A DNA stretch of 64,000 bases from Thermoflexia bacterium (GCA_011192175.1 DUEJ01000001.1:3090-67089), one strand, 5' to 3'; numbered from the stretch's first letter, positions 19,201-28,173 are shown. The notes: generated by a model from the sequence alone, not told the origin. Made by a program: numbers and translations.

Positions 19201-21388
19201 GCACCAGGTCTACCACCAATCCCAGCAATTCGTCGGGGGTGGTGCGCTCACTGGCAGCAAAGGTGACGCGCCGGCTGGCCTCCAGCTCCCGGGTGCGCTC
19301 GGTCAGGTTCTCGGCCGTCTCGCGCAACGCGCCGACCGTCTCGCGCAGGCGGGTGGTCATGACGCCAAAGGCATTGGTGAGCACGCCGATCTCGTTACTG
19401 CTCGTCGAGTGAGCCACGGTCACGGCCAGATCGCCGCCGGCAATCGCCACCGCGCTCTCCGTCAATCCGGCGATCGGTTTGACCAGCCGCCCGGCGATCA
19501 GCGAGCCGACCCCGGCGGCGACGACAGCCGTCACGCCCAGGAGTACCAGGCTTAGGGTGATGATAAAGGTAGCGATAGAAGCGACGTTGGACAGGGCCTC
19601 GCTCTCGTCAATCTCAGCGATGACAGCCCACACAACTCCCTTTGGATCGTCAGAATCCGGCTCGTCCAGGACGAGCGGTTCCCAGGAGCTCAATACGCGC
19701 ACGCCCCGGTAGTTCTCAATACTCCGCGTGCCGGATTCGCGAGCCAGAGCGGAGAGTGAGGCCTCTGTGCGCACGGGCGTCTCGGTGTTCAAGACGGTGC
19801 TTTCAACCCCCAGTTGATCCAAGAAACGCGAGTTGCTGCGCCACATCTTGTCCAACCCTACCAGGTAGGTCTCGCCGGTCTCGCCCAGCCCGGCGCCCGC
19901 CTGCACAACGGCGCTGATCTGATCCAGCGGCAGGCGTGCAGCCACGATCAGTTCCAACTTATCGCCATGCATCACCGGCGCAGCGACAAAGGCAGCCGGC
20001 GCGTCCTGAATGGGCGCATACCGCGCAAAGTCAGTCATACTGGGCTTTTGTGACTCGACAATCTCCGCCAGCATCTGTCCCAGGTTAGAGTCTTGGTAGG
20101 GGCCGGTCAGTAGGTTAGTATGATAGTCTGGCTCGTGTTTGACGCTGTAAAAGAGAAAGCCGTCCGAGGAAAAGAGGTACAGGTCAGGGTAACCGCGCGT
20201 CTCTGCGTAGCGCTGAAAATAGTCCTGCTCCTCACCCGGTATTTGGGGAATAAGCGCATTTTTCAGTGGCATGCGAGAGACGATGGCCCAGTTCAGGCCC
20301 ACGACACCGACATTCACCGGCGCATAGGAGGCGAGCATCTGTAAGCCCGTGCCTCCGATGAGAATCTCCGTGTCAGTTTCCCCACTCAACGCGTTCCGCA
20401 CGGACTGCGGCGCTATGTCGCTCAGGTCATACCCAATGACGAATTTGCCACCGCCCACGGTGAGCCGGTCGTTGCGAAAGGTGATGCGCCCATCGGGTTC
20501 CTGGGCAACCAGAAAAGTCTCGCCGGTCTCGGGCAGGCCAGTGTGTTGCTGGACGATGGCATTGAGTTTAGTCGCCGGGAGTTGGATGGCGACGACGCCG
20601 ACCGTGCCGGTGATGTTCTCGACCGCGTAGGCGACGAACGCGGCTACCTCGTTGCCCAGTGGCGCGTAGGGCGCAAAATCCGCGAACGCGAGCTCTTGCT
20701 CACTGGCCATCGCGCTCTGGAAAACGCGCCCTAGCCCCGAATCTTTGAGGTCGCCCCGCAGCACGTTCTCTCCCAGGACAGCGGGGCCAGATACGGTGTA
20801 GACGACGTCGCCGCTAGCGGCGATGAGCAAGATGTCGGCAAACCCAAAGTCAGTGTTCGCATTCTGAAAGACAGGGTTGAACTCTTCGTAGGCCGCCGTC
20901 CACTGCGGCCCGCCTGTTCTTCTATCCTCGGCCATAAACGCTTCCTCGAGTTCCCAGATGGCGCGGACTGTGGTGGGGTTATCTTTGAGCGCGTGTACCA
21001 CGCCGAACGTTGTCTGAAAGTAATCCTCGATCCGGCTTTGCTTGGTCTCGCGCGCGGCGGTGACGTGATCGAGCGCGTCGTGGTACAGCGCGTACGTCGA
21101 GTCGGCCAGCACGGTTATGTCATTCTCGCGCGCGGCGAAATAGTCGGCGATCTCGCTGGCCTCGCTTTCGCGAACAGAGGTCAGGTGAGCAAAGGCCTCC
21201 TCCGTCATGGCAGTCCGCACCTGGCGAGAGACAAATATGCCCAGCGTAACCGCGACGATCACCAGGGGCACGACGGCCATCAGGATCGTGATAGCGCTAT
21301 ACTGCACCCGTAGCGACGTGCTAAAACGCTGGAACAGATTACCCTGGCTGGCTTCTTTGGCGGTAGAAGGATTGTTATTCTTTTTCAT
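16286..21388 (-). CDS. giant multi-domain sensor histidine kinase (periplasmic Cache-like region, HAMP, multiple GAF and PAS domains, HisKA, HATPase_c; no receiver)
   Basis: 1700 aa. Two TM segments flank a roughly 580-aa extracytoplasmic region. H-box HELRTPLNSIIGY. C-terminal N/G1/G2 boxes (DTGIGI, GTGLGLSI). Repeated GAF/PAS-like blocks lie between. RBS ggagg precedes the start. Confidence 0.85.
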   Translation of the reverse strand: MKKNNNPSTAKEASQGNLFQRFSTSLRVQYSAITILMAVVPLVIVAVTLGIFVSRQVRTAMTEEAFAHLTSVRESEASEIADYFAARENDITVLADSTYALYHDALDHVTAARETKQSRIEDYFQTTFGVVHALKDNPTTVRAIWELEEAFMAEDRRTGGPQWTAAYEEFNPVFQNANTDFGFADILLIAASGDVVYTVSGPAVLGENVLRGDLKDSGLGRVFQSAMASEQELAFADFAPYAPLGNEVAAFVAYAVENITGTVGVVAIQLPATKLNAIVQQHTGLPETGETFLVAQEPDGRITFRNDRLTVGGGKFVIGYDLSDIAPQSVRNALSGETDTEILIGGTGLQMLASYAPVNVGVVGLNWAIVSRMPLKNALIPQIPGEEQDYFQRYAETRGYPDLYLFSSDGFLFYSVKHEPDYHTNLLTGPYQDSNLGQMLAEIVESQKPSMTDFARYAPIQDAPAAFVAAPVMHGDKLELIVAARLPLDQISAVVQAGAGLGETGETYLVGLDKMWRSNSRFLDQLGVESTVLNTETPVRTEASLSALARESGTRSIENYRGVRVLSSWEPLVLDEPDSDDPKGVVWAVIAEIDESEALSNVASIATFIITLSLVLLGVTAVVAAGVGSLIAGRLVKPIAGLTESAVAIAGGDLAVTVAHSTSSNEIGVLTNAFGVMTTRLRETVGALRETAENLTERTRELEASRRVTFAASERTTPDELLGLVVDLVRDQFDLYHVQIYLVDKERDAAVLRQSTGYAGRQLLQKKHQIPLEATSLVTKAIHTGEPVLVDDTSTAPNFMPNPLLPETRSELVVPLRVGDEALGVLDAQARSPGRFTSHTVELFQAMVDQVSFLLENSELLERITEQQESLTVFTTQLRTVAEIARRIGTILDTEELLQQVVELLRSRFGLYHAHIYLLNKETRQLVVQAGSGEVGRVLCERGHQIPLEREKSLVARAARGQAPALVTDTTLDSDFMPNPLLPQTRSELAVPLIAGGEVLGVMDLQDDQLGRFAEKDVDTYLILAGQLATALQNAQAFEAQQRAEKQILIFQTMAETSNDAIVMVDPGDNQVLYANPAARELYGDIEMTTHLGTEFWREEDLPYLAETVLPQTLATGWQGDVFQKRLDDGTVFEANATVFMIRDATETPTHMVVMVRDITERKAREEDLLRLNSAVEQVGDGIALIDLEGNILFVNSAWAKMHGYDNPTTLMGKPLSIFHTAEQLEEEVVAFNEQAMAQGSHQGEVGHVTRDGQTFPTLMTTTIIKNEAGQLVGLIGTVRDITERKEAEAERERFTRQLRTAADIAGQVSEILDPDKLLNTVIPLLKERFNLYYAHVYTLEEETLKLRAGYGEPGAKMLAVGHNIPLAHPASLVAQAARNREIVVVDDVTTNPRFMPNPLLPDTKSEVAVPLVAGEQVLGVFDVQHDQVNYFTQADLDVFSTLAGQLATALQNADFVEELRQTTERLREVDRLKSEFLANMSHELRTPLNSIIGYAEIMMMGIDGSLDDETLKDVQAIYENGQHLLNMINDILDLAKIEARQMTLNLAENVNVAQVLADLETSNASLFATSPVEFLIEIEDDLPLIRADRVRLHQILNNLVGNSEKFTETGYVKVRAYQQSRRWLCIAVEDTGIGISAADQVKIFDRFRQADGSSTRQVEGTGLGLSITKQLIQMHSGRIEVESALGAGSTFTVWLPLET

Positions 21389-21451
21389 CGTTAAGCCTCC
21401 GAATTAGTGAAACGTAAAGCGTGATGCGTACTTGGTCACTTGCAAACTTGC

Positions 21452-21820
21452 TCAAGCGCGCGCTCCCAAACTCAATTCTGCCGGCTGGAACTGAGCCGGT
21501 ATAGTTGGTAATTCCGTAAAAACCGGCAATCGGGCCACAATATCCAGATACCACCACCACTGCGCGAAAGTGACGTTTTGATTATGGCGCCAACTAGCCA
21601 AGTCAGCCATGCGGTCAATAGATTCGTAAAACCGTTTAGCCTGACGGAAAAGATCTTTATCCGCTTTCAAAAGGCGTTGGCGTTGTGCCCCGGTCAGATG
21701 CGGCTCACCGACCTCGATCTCGCTCCGTCGCATCAACATGTGCAAATGTTCCATGCCGCTCACATCGGGGAACTCTACATCAACTTCATACGCAGTCAGC
21801 AGTTCTTCATAGTTTGTCAT
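21452..21820 (-). CDS. hypothetical small protein (122 aa)
   Basis: ORF with consistent codon usage. It overlaps its upstream partner by 14 bp. No family is recognised. Confidence 0.35.
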   Translation of the reverse strand: MTNYEELLTAYEVDVEFPDVSGMEHLHMLMRRSEIEVGEPHLTGAQRQRLLKADKDLFRQAKRFYESIDRMADLASWRHNQNVTFAQWWWYLDIVARLPVFTELPTIPAQFQPAELSLGARA

Positions 21821-22178
21821 ATTCTACCTCACTTAAAGATCCGAATTTTTCAAATCCAGGTTGTTTCAAATAGTCTGGAACGTCAATTACAAACGCGGTT
21901 TCTAGTACCCCTTCCAGGTTAAACATTACCAGCCACAGGCGATTTTGCACTGTAGCTACAACTACCATGTAAGGTGTGCGGTTGTACCAATAAAGATAGA
22001 CTTGCGCCGCTCCATCGTTCAACACCGTCAGAATTATTCGCTCATAGTCTTCAAGTGTAGCGTCATGGGACAAATGTCCTTGCCGTTTGCGCTTGTAGAG
22101 ATGGCGCGCTGCACTGTAAAGTTTCCAATGCACGGCTGATTGTGCTATCCGTATAGCTTGCGATATCCAAGTCGGCAT
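21807..22178 (-). CDS. hypothetical small protein (123 aa)
   Basis: Overlaps the downstream small ORF by 14 bp, suggesting a coupled pair. No family is recognised. Confidence 0.35.
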   Translation of the reverse strand: MPTWISQAIRIAQSAVHWKLYSAARHLYKRKRQGHLSHDATLEDYERIILTVLNDGAAQVYLYWYNRTPYMVVVATVQNRLWLVMFNLEGVLETAFVIDVPDYLKQPGFEKFGSLSEVEYDKL

Positions 22179-22261
22179 GTTTCCCTTTCCTATTCCCGGC
22201 TCAAGGCTCGGTCAGGAGACCGAGCCCAACATAATGCGTACTTGCCTACTTGCTCGCTTGC

Positions 22262-23047
22262 TTACTCCACATCAGACAAACCATATTTGTTGAACAGTCT
22301 CTGCCCAGCGTCTGAGGCAACATACGCCATGAACTTGCGGGCCAGTTCGGGAGATTCAGATGTGCTGAGCAGTCCCAGGACGAGTTTTTTCTTGACGGCG
22401 TATTCTGCGCTGATGGGCAAGGCGTCAACGTAGGGTGCGTTTTCGGGCCAGGTGGAAGTCGCGTACCAGTTGACGATCAGATCGGCCTCGCCATTTTTGA
22501 GTGCGTCCGTCAACTCTGTCGCATTTGCTGCCAGACTCTGGACGTTGCCCATCGCCTGATCCAAAATACCCATGTTGGCGAGTATCTTTTGCGTCTCTCT
22601 GCCCACACTCGCTGTATCTGGGTCAGCCAGGAACAGAACATAATCTTCATTAGTGAAGCTGGTGGAATCCGCTGTAATCCCTAGTGGATTGCCCTCGGCT
22701 ACTATCATCGCGGCCTTGTTATAGCCCACGAGGACCGTTTCGATGACCAGGTCTTGCGCAAGACAAGTCACGATGTAAGAGTCGTCCCCCGGCAGATATA
22801 GATCTCCGACCCGGTCGGTCTGAATCGTTTCCAACAAATTCCCCGAACCGCCGGCTTTAATAGTTATGGTGCAGTTTTCCTCTTTCTCAATGATAGTGGC
22901 GATCTCTTCCATTGGCTGCATCATCGTTACGCCGCAGTAGATGAGGAGTTCTCTTTTCTCGGCTGTGGCGGGTTGTTGATCGCAACCCGCTAGTAACGTG
23001 GCCGCGCTCATCAATAATACCACTACTAGAATTGTATACCGTTTCAT
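22262..23047 (-). CDS. ModA-like periplasmic molybdate/tungstate-binding lipoprotein
   Basis: Lipoprotein signal LLAGC. ModA-like PBP fold motifs (IKAGGSGNLLETI, LVIETVLVGYN). No cognate permease or ATPase is adjacent. Confidence 0.65.
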   Translation of the reverse strand: MKRYTILVVVLLMSAATLLAGCDQQPATAEKRELLIYCGVTMMQPMEEIATIIEKEENCTITIKAGGSGNLLETIQTDRVGDLYLPGDDSYIVTCLAQDLVIETVLVGYNKAAMIVAEGNPLGITADSTSFTNEDYVLFLADPDTASVGRETQKILANMGILDQAMGNVQSLAANATELTDALKNGEADLIVNWYATSTWPENAPYVDALPISAEYAVKKKLVLGLLSTSESPELARKFMAYVASDAGQRLFNKYGLSDVE

Positions 23048-23088
23048 CTTCAGCTCCTTAAATCTATAAGTTATTTCGCTTGCGCCCC

Positions 23089-23460
23089 TTAATCGTGCTG
23101 TTGAGTTAGCCGCTGGCAGAATGTGACCAGCGTGGGAATGGATACCGGTTTTTCCAGGTATAAATCCACCCCGATCTCCAAACAGCTCTCGTGATAACTG
23201 GCGTCAGCGGAGACCACGATGATTTTAGCGCCCGCTTGGTGCAGTTGAGGAGTTACTTGTTGTAGTAGGGGGATTGCGCGCTCGTGTCCTAAATGGATAT
23301 CGCAGAGAAAAAGAGCGAACGCTTCTCGTGCCAAGAGTTCTTGGGCCTCGGATATCGTGCTGACAACTGTGACCCGAAAGCCGAAGTTTCGCAACGCCTT
23401 GTAGTAGAGGCGTTGAATATCGGCTTCATCTTCGGCGATTAGAATTGCAGGAGGAACCAC
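23089..23460 (-). CDS. single-domain response regulator receiver
   Basis: ILIAEDEADI...FLCDIHLGHE receiver motifs. 123 aa. Confidence 0.7.
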   Translation of the reverse strand: MVPPAILIAEDEADIQRLYYKALRNFGFRVTVVSTISEAQELLAREAFALFLCDIHLGHERAIPLLQQVTPQLHQAGAKIIVVSADASYHESCLEIGVDLYLEKPVSIPTLVTFCQRLTQQHD

Positions 23461-23888
23461 TGAATAAATCCTCTCTCATTTGCGACTTATAGCTCTTCTG
23501 GAATTCGCGGGGTCGAGTTAAAATTAACCCCGACTTATCAAAGCAACTCTACCTTATAGCTAAAAAGTGTGATTGTCAAATGCCTACCTAAAATTTATAC
23601 ACTCTCAAAATAGAAGCGTTAATAGAGTTAGGTTGGATTCTAACCCTTTGTTTGGTTAAAGTCAAGTAAGAATTATTACAGAATAGTAACGGGTAAAGAA
23701 ATATCGGATTTGCATCTAGCGACTTTGTAGTTGCCCTACAGGCTTAGAAAATCCCCGCGCTACAGGCTGCATCCAGCTTGCAGCCTGTCTAGATGGTTGA
23801 CAAATTTTGGTAGTTGTGTATACTCATCGCTGCTAACGGAATGGGCAACCCCTTTGACCCGTCTAAGCTGCGTGTTATAATAGGCGTG

Positions 23889-23960
23889 CGCCGACGTAGC
23901 TCAACGGATGAGCTTCCGCCTTGTAAGCGGAGGGGTGTGGGTTCGATTCCCACCGTCGGC
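23889..23960 (+). tRNA. tRNA-Thr (anticodon TGT)
   Basis: Cloverleaf: acceptor gccgacg/cgtcggc, T-arm gggttcgattccc, anticodon loop cttgtaa. Confidence 0.85.
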
Positions 23961-23966
23961 TTTTGG

Positions 23967-24049
23967 GGGGCAGATACCCTAGTGGACAAAGGGGGCTGAC
24001 TGTAAATCAGCTGGCAACGCCTTCGGTGGTTCGAATCCGCCTCTGCCCA
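23967..24049 (+). tRNA. tRNA-Tyr (anticodon GTA), class II with a long variable arm
   Basis: Acceptor gggcaga/tctgccc, anticodon loop ctgtaaa, long variable arm, T-arm ggttcgaatcc. Confidence 0.85.
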
Positions 24050-24060
24050 TCTTTTTTTAT

Positions 24061-24133
24061 GCCCATGTAGCTCAGTTGGTAGAGCACATTCTTGGTAAGA
24101 ATGGGGTCCTCGGTTCAAATCCGAGCATGGGCT
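24061..24133 (+). tRNA. tRNA-Thr (anticodon GGT)
   Basis: Acceptor gcccatg/catgggc, D-arm tagctcagttggtagagc, anticodon loop ttggtaa, T-arm ggttcaaatcc. Confidence 0.85.
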
Positions 24134-24182
24134 TGGGGAATTTGGCTCCTTCAGGAAATCTACAGAGTATATAGAGGTATCA

Positions 24183-24352
24183 TGGCTAAAAAGAAAAAAT
24201 CTGCTAGGCCCAGCATTACACTCGCGTGTACGGTGTGCAAGGAACAGAACTATCTGACCGAGAAGAATCGCCATAATGATCGTGGTCGTTTGGAATTAAA
24301 ACGGTATTGCTCACGCTGCCGACAGCATACTTTGCACCGCGAAACTAAATAG
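24183..24352 (+). CDS. rpmG: 50S ribosomal protein L33
   Basis: MAKKKK...CTVCKEQNY...[21 protein letters not shown] with a Cys4 zinc ribbon, 56 aa. RBS agaggt. The longer ORF-track start at 24092 overlaps the tRNA. Confidence 0.85.
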
Positions 24353-24365
24353 TTAGTTAGATCGT

Positions 24366-24439
24366 AGGCGAGTAGCTCAATTAGGGAGAGCAACGGTCTC
24401 CAAAACCGTAGGTTACGGGTTCAATTCCTGTCTCGCCTG
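24366..24439 (+). tRNA. tRNA-Trp (anticodon CCA)
   Basis: Acceptor aggcgag/ctcgcct, anticodon loop ctccaaa, T-arm gggttcaattcc. Confidence 0.85.
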
Positions 24440-24515
24440 CCTATTCACTGAGACACCGTCAATTAAAGACGGTGTCTCTATACTGTAAGGGGATTTGAGC
24501 GCACGGAGGATAGAG

Positions 24516-24815
24516 ATGGCTGACCGAAAAAATAAACAGAAATCAGGAAATGCAATCATCCGTTATTTTCGGGAGACCCGCGTTGAGTTGCGTAAGGTGC
24601 GCTGGCCTAGTCGCAAAGAAGCTTGGCGGCTTACTAAAGTGGTGGGGCTAGTGACTCTGGGAATGGCTGTGCTATTAGGTGTCATGGATCTCTTCTTCGG
24701 ATGGATGCTGAGAGGCGTTATCTCTCAGAACGTACTCTTCATGGTGTTAGGGGCAATTGTAGCTGCGGCTTTGACCATCGCGACCATCATGGTTGGACAA
24801 GTAGACGAGGCTTGA
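24516..24815 (+). CDS. secE: preprotein translocase subunit SecE
   Basis: Motif RYFRETRVELRKVRWPSRKE is the SecE signature, followed by a TM helix. RBS ggagga precedes the ATG at 24516. Confidence 0.85.
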   Translation: MADRKNKQKSGNAIIRYFRETRVELRKVRWPSRKEAWRLTKVVGLVTLGMAVLLGVMDLFFGWMLRGVISQNVLFMVLGAIVAAALTIATIMVGQVDEA

Positions 24816-24822
24816 GCGAGTC

Positions 24823-25701
24823 ATGTTAGAAGAACGTTCTCTGGAAAAAGTAGTAGAAGTAAATACTGAGATGGACGAGCTGCGCACATCAAGTTTAGAT
24901 GTGCCTCTCTCTCCAGAGGAGCTGTTGAGCCGTTTTGAGATGGATACCGAGGTTGAGGAAGAACCAAGTGTAGGGATTGCTCCTCCGGAAGCCGCGCCGG
25001 AGAGTGCCGAGCCGGTGGTTATCGCTGCCGCGCCCATATTCGAGCCGGAACCGGAAGAAATCTCGCCGCCAGAGGAAGACCTATCCCCCTTAGAACTTCA
25101 AGAGCGTTTGCTCCAGGAAATACCGGCTGGTGATCTACTGCCTGACCCTTTCGCCGACGAAGTGCAGCCAGCTATTAAGCTGAAAGATTGGTTTGTGATA
25201 CATTGTTATTCCGGTTCGGAGCAGAAAGTGCAACACAACCTACAACAACGGGTCGAATCAATGGGGATGCAGGATAGCGTTTACCAGGTAGTTGTCCCTA
25301 CCGTTGAAGAAATCGAGATTAAAAATGGTGAACGACAGACGGTAGAGCGGTGCCTCTATCCAGGTTATATTATAGTCCAGATGATTTATACCGAAGATGC
25401 CTGGTACATGGTGCGCAACACACCGGGTGTTACCGGGTTTGTAGGAACGGGCCATAAGCCAGTTCCGTTACACCGCGAGCAGGTGAAATCAATCTTACAT
25501 CGTATGGAAGAAGAGTCTCCGCGGCTGCGGACTACGTTCACGATTAACGAGAAGGTGCGGATTATAGAAGGCCCCTTCGTTGATTTCATTGGGGCAGTGC
25601 AAGACGTTGACGAAGCGCGGGCGAAATTACATGTGTTGGTCTCCTTCTTTGGCCGTGAGACCCCGGTGGAATTAGATTTCTTACAAATTGAAAAAGCGTA
25701 A
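24823..25701 (+). CDS. nusG: transcription termination/antitermination factor NusG with a roughly 115-aa acidic, Pro-rich N-terminal extension
   Basis: The NGN domain begins at KDWFVIHCYSGSEQKV. The C-terminal KOW motif is EKVRIIEGPFVDFIGAV. Confidence 0.85.
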   Translation: MLEERSLEKVVEVNTEMDELRTSSLDVPLSPEELLSRFEMDTEVEEEPSVGIAPPEAAPESAEPVVIAAAPIFEPEPEEISPPEEDLSPLELQERLLQEIPAGDLLPDPFADEVQPAIKLKDWFVIHCYSGSEQKVQHNLQQRVESMGMQDSVYQVVVPTVEEIEIKNGERQTVERCLYPGYIIVQMIYTEDAWYMVRNTPGVTGFVGTGHKPVPLHREQVKSILHRMEEESPRLRTTFTINEKVRIIEGPFVDFIGAVQDVDEARAKLHVLVSFFGRETPVELDFLQIEKA

Positions 25702-25766
25702 TATAAAATAATTATTTAGCGAGGTTTCTTGTAAACTTCGGATAAGATTTAAGGGAGTTTAGGAAG

Positions 25767-26198
25767 ATGGCAAAGAAAAAAAAGGTGAAGGCAGTAGTAA
25801 AATTGCAGATCCCGGCTGGTCAAGCCAATCCTGCCCCGCCCATTGGCCCTGCTTTGGCGCAACATGGTATTAATTTGATGGGTTTCTGCAAGCAATACAA
25901 CGCCAAAACGAGTCATATGGCAGGGAACATCATCCCCGCCGAGATCACTATCTATCGAGATTCATCTTTTGATTTCATTCTCAAGACCCCTCCGACCGCT
26001 GATTTGCTACGCAAAGCAGCAGGAATATCCAAGGGTTCCTCAAAGCCAAATCAAGATAAGGTGGGGAGTGTAACCTTCCAGCAGGTACGGGAGATCGCGG
26101 AGCGGAAGATGAAGGACCTCAATGCGCATGATATTGAGGCCGCGGAACGGATGATTGCTGGTACAGCCCGCAGTATGGGCGTGCTGATCAAAGAGTAA
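25767..26198 (+). CDS. rplK: 50S ribosomal protein L11
   Basis: [42 protein letters not shown] is the canonical L11 N-terminus. Confidence 0.9.
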   Translation: MAKKKKVKAVVKLQIPAGQANPAPPIGPALAQHGINLMGFCKQYNAKTSHMAGNIIPAEITIYRDSSFDFILKTPPTADLLRKAAGISKGSSKPNQDKVGSVTFQQVREIAERKMKDLNAHDIEAAERMIAGTARSMGVLIKE

Positions 26199-26253
26199 AT
26201 TATAACTAGCGTGGGAGGGTTTAATCGCCCGCTAATACCACAAGGAGTATAAA

Positions 26254-26967
26254 ATGACAAAACATGGAAAAAAATATCTAGCCATGCTAGAGAGGGTTGA
26301 GCGTGAGCGGGAATACGGTCTGGAAGAGGCTGTTAATCTAGTAAAAGAGATAAGTTACGCCAATTTCGACGCGACGGTTGAGCTGCACGTGCGCACAGGC
26401 TTGGACCCGCGTCATGCAGCTCAACAAATCCGCGGGATGGTGCAGTTGCCACACGGGTTAGGGACTACCGTGCGGGTGGTGGTTTTCGCTACCCCGGACG
26501 TTCAAGCTAGCGCTGAAGAAGCCGGGGCTGATCATGTTATCACTGGTGATGAGGGTATCCAACGGATTATGGATGGTTGGACAGACTTTGATGTAACCAT
26601 TGCCATACCGCAAATGATGGCGAAAGTTGGTCGCTTAGGTCGTGTATTAGGGCCGCGGGGCTTGATGCCCAATCCCAAGACCGGCACCATGGTCCCCGCT
26701 GATGATTTAGCAGCGGCAATTAAGGCTTCTAAGGCTGGACAGGTTGAGTATCGGCTAGATCGTTCAGGGAACCTACATTTCCCTATCGGGAAGGTTAGTT
26801 TCTCCACCGAACAATTATTGGGGAATATGGCTGCCATTATGTCAACTTTGCGACGTGTCCGCCCCGCAGCAATTAACAAGGTAACATACATACGACGCGT
26901 AACCCTGGCTCCTACGATGGGGCCTGGCATCAAAGTTGAGCCGTTAGTCGCCCTGGCGATGGAGTAA
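26254..26967 (+). CDS. rplA: 50S ribosomal protein L1
   Basis: L1 family sequence. Length and position (after rplK) fit. Confidence 0.9.
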   Translation: MTKHGKKYLAMLERVEREREYGLEEAVNLVKEISYANFDATVELHVRTGLDPRHAAQQIRGMVQLPHGLGTTVRVVVFATPDVQASAEEAGADHVITGDEGIQRIMDGWTDFDVTIAIPQMMAKVGRLGRVLGPRGLMPNPKTGTMVPADDLAAAIKASKAGQVEYRLDRSGNLHFPIGKVSFSTEQLLGNMAAIMSTLRRVRPAAINKVTYIRRVTLAPTMGPGIKVEPLVALAME

Positions 26968-27150
26968 ACCTAACTAGTAACATTACTAAAAGTTCAAATC
27001 CCTGTTTGCCGAAGATAGCAGGAGTGTTAATACACTTAATTACCTGCCGAGGCAAGGACAGATAACCGAGTGTAAAAACTGGTCCTTGTGTCGGTAGACA
27101 TGGGGCCAGTTTTTTTGTAGCTTAAGATCGATAAAAGGAGGTGAGAGAGA
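26968..27150 (+). promoter_or_regulatory. putative L10 (rplJ) autoregulatory leader with an attenuator-like hairpin and T-run
   Basis: 183-nt untranslated spacer before rplJ. Imperfect hairpin ctggtcc...gggccag followed by ttttttt at about 27090-27118. The position is analogous to known L10 leaders. Confidence 0.4.
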
Positions 27151-27708
27151 TTGGCTATTTCACGTATACGTAAAGAGGAATTGGTTACTGAGTACACGCA
27201 GCAGTTACAAAGTTCCCAAGGAGCCATTTTTGCACATTATAAGAGTTTAAATGTGCCTCAAATAGAAGAGCTGCGTAGAGAAGCTCGTGAAAAAGAGGGA
27301 CAGGTCTTTGTAATTAAAAATACTCTTTTTCAGCGCGTCATTGAAGCAAGCTCTTACGAAACCCCGGAGGGCATGATTGACGGACCTACTTTGGTGGCTT
27401 TTTGTCATCAAGATGCTCCGCCGCTGGCTAAAGTTTTCAAAAACTTCGCTGGTGGTATGGAGAGCGGCGAGTTCAATATCAAAGGGGCTTTAGTTGAAGG
27501 ACGTTTTTACAACGCCGAGGAAACAGCGCGTTTGGCGGAATTACCTTCGCGCGACGTGATGTTCTCCAAAGTATTGGCTACTATCAATGCTCCGGCTACC
27601 CAGACAGTGGGGGTAGTGGCTAGCAGTGTCCGGCAAATACTCAATGTGATACAGGCTTATGTTGATAAGTTGGAAGAAGGCGACAAGCCCCTTGCGGACG
27701 CCGCCTAA
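27151..27708 (+). CDS. rplJ: 50S ribosomal protein L10
   Basis: L10 family N-terminus (ISRIRKEELV...). TTG start with RBS aggagg. Confidence 0.85.
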   Translation: MAISRIRKEELVTEYTQQLQSSQGAIFAHYKSLNVPQIEELRREAREKEGQVFVIKNTLFQRVIEASSYETPEGMIDGPTLVAFCHQDAPPLAKVFKNFAGGMESGEFNIKGALVEGRFYNAEETARLAELPSRDVMFSKVLATINAPATQTVGVVASSVRQILNVIQAYVDKLEEGDKPLADAA

Positions 27709-27742
27709 ATAACAAATTAAACTAAACAAAAGAGGTGTTTTT

Positions 27743-28114
27743 ATGGCAGATTTAGCAAAATTGGTAGAGGAAATTAGCGTCCTTACTCTGATGGAAGCCA
27801 GCGAGTTGGTGAAGGCGCTTGAGGATAAGTTGGGTGTCAGCGCTGCGGCGCCTGTGGCGATGGCCGCTATGCCTGCTGCAGCGGCAGAGCCGGAAGAAGA
27901 GCAGACTGAGTTCGATGTCATTCTCAAAGACTACGGTCCCAAGAAAATTAACGTCATCAAAGCAGTCCGCCAGATCACCACTCTGGGCCTGCGCGAGGCC
28001 AAGGGCTTGGTTGAGAGCGCTCCCGTAGCCGTTATGGAAGCCGTTTCTAAAGAGGCTGCTGAGGACGCGAAAACGACGCTCGAAGACGCCGGCGCCAAAG
28101 TCGAACTCAAGTAA
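27743..28114 (+). CDS. rplL: 50S ribosomal protein L7/L12
   Basis: Ala/Glu-rich hinge and C-terminal domain [25 protein letters not shown]...[10 protein letters not shown] are the L7/L12 signature. Confidence 0.9.
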   Translation: MADLAKLVEEISVLTLMEASELVKALEDKLGVSAAAPVAMAAMPAAAAEPEEEQTEFDVILKDYGPKKINVIKAVRQITTLGLREAKGLVESAPVAVMEAVSKEAAEDAKTTLEDAGAKVELK

Positions 28115-28136
28115 TACGATCACTCTTTTCAAACTC

Positions 28137-28173
28137 AAAGCCCTCTCCCGAAATGGAGAGGGCTTTGTTTTTT
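28137..28173 (+). terminator. rho-independent terminator after rplL (the rpoBC genes do not follow)
   Basis: Stem gccctctcc / ggagagggc with loop cgaaat, followed by tttgtttttt. Confidence 0.75.

Noticed and set aside
16361-21313. Numerous plus-strand ORFs of 60-190 aa inside the giant kinase gene
   Set aside because: They are antisense to a well-supported 1700-aa CDS and have Arg/Gly/Pro-rich compositions. These are high-GC antisense artefacts.
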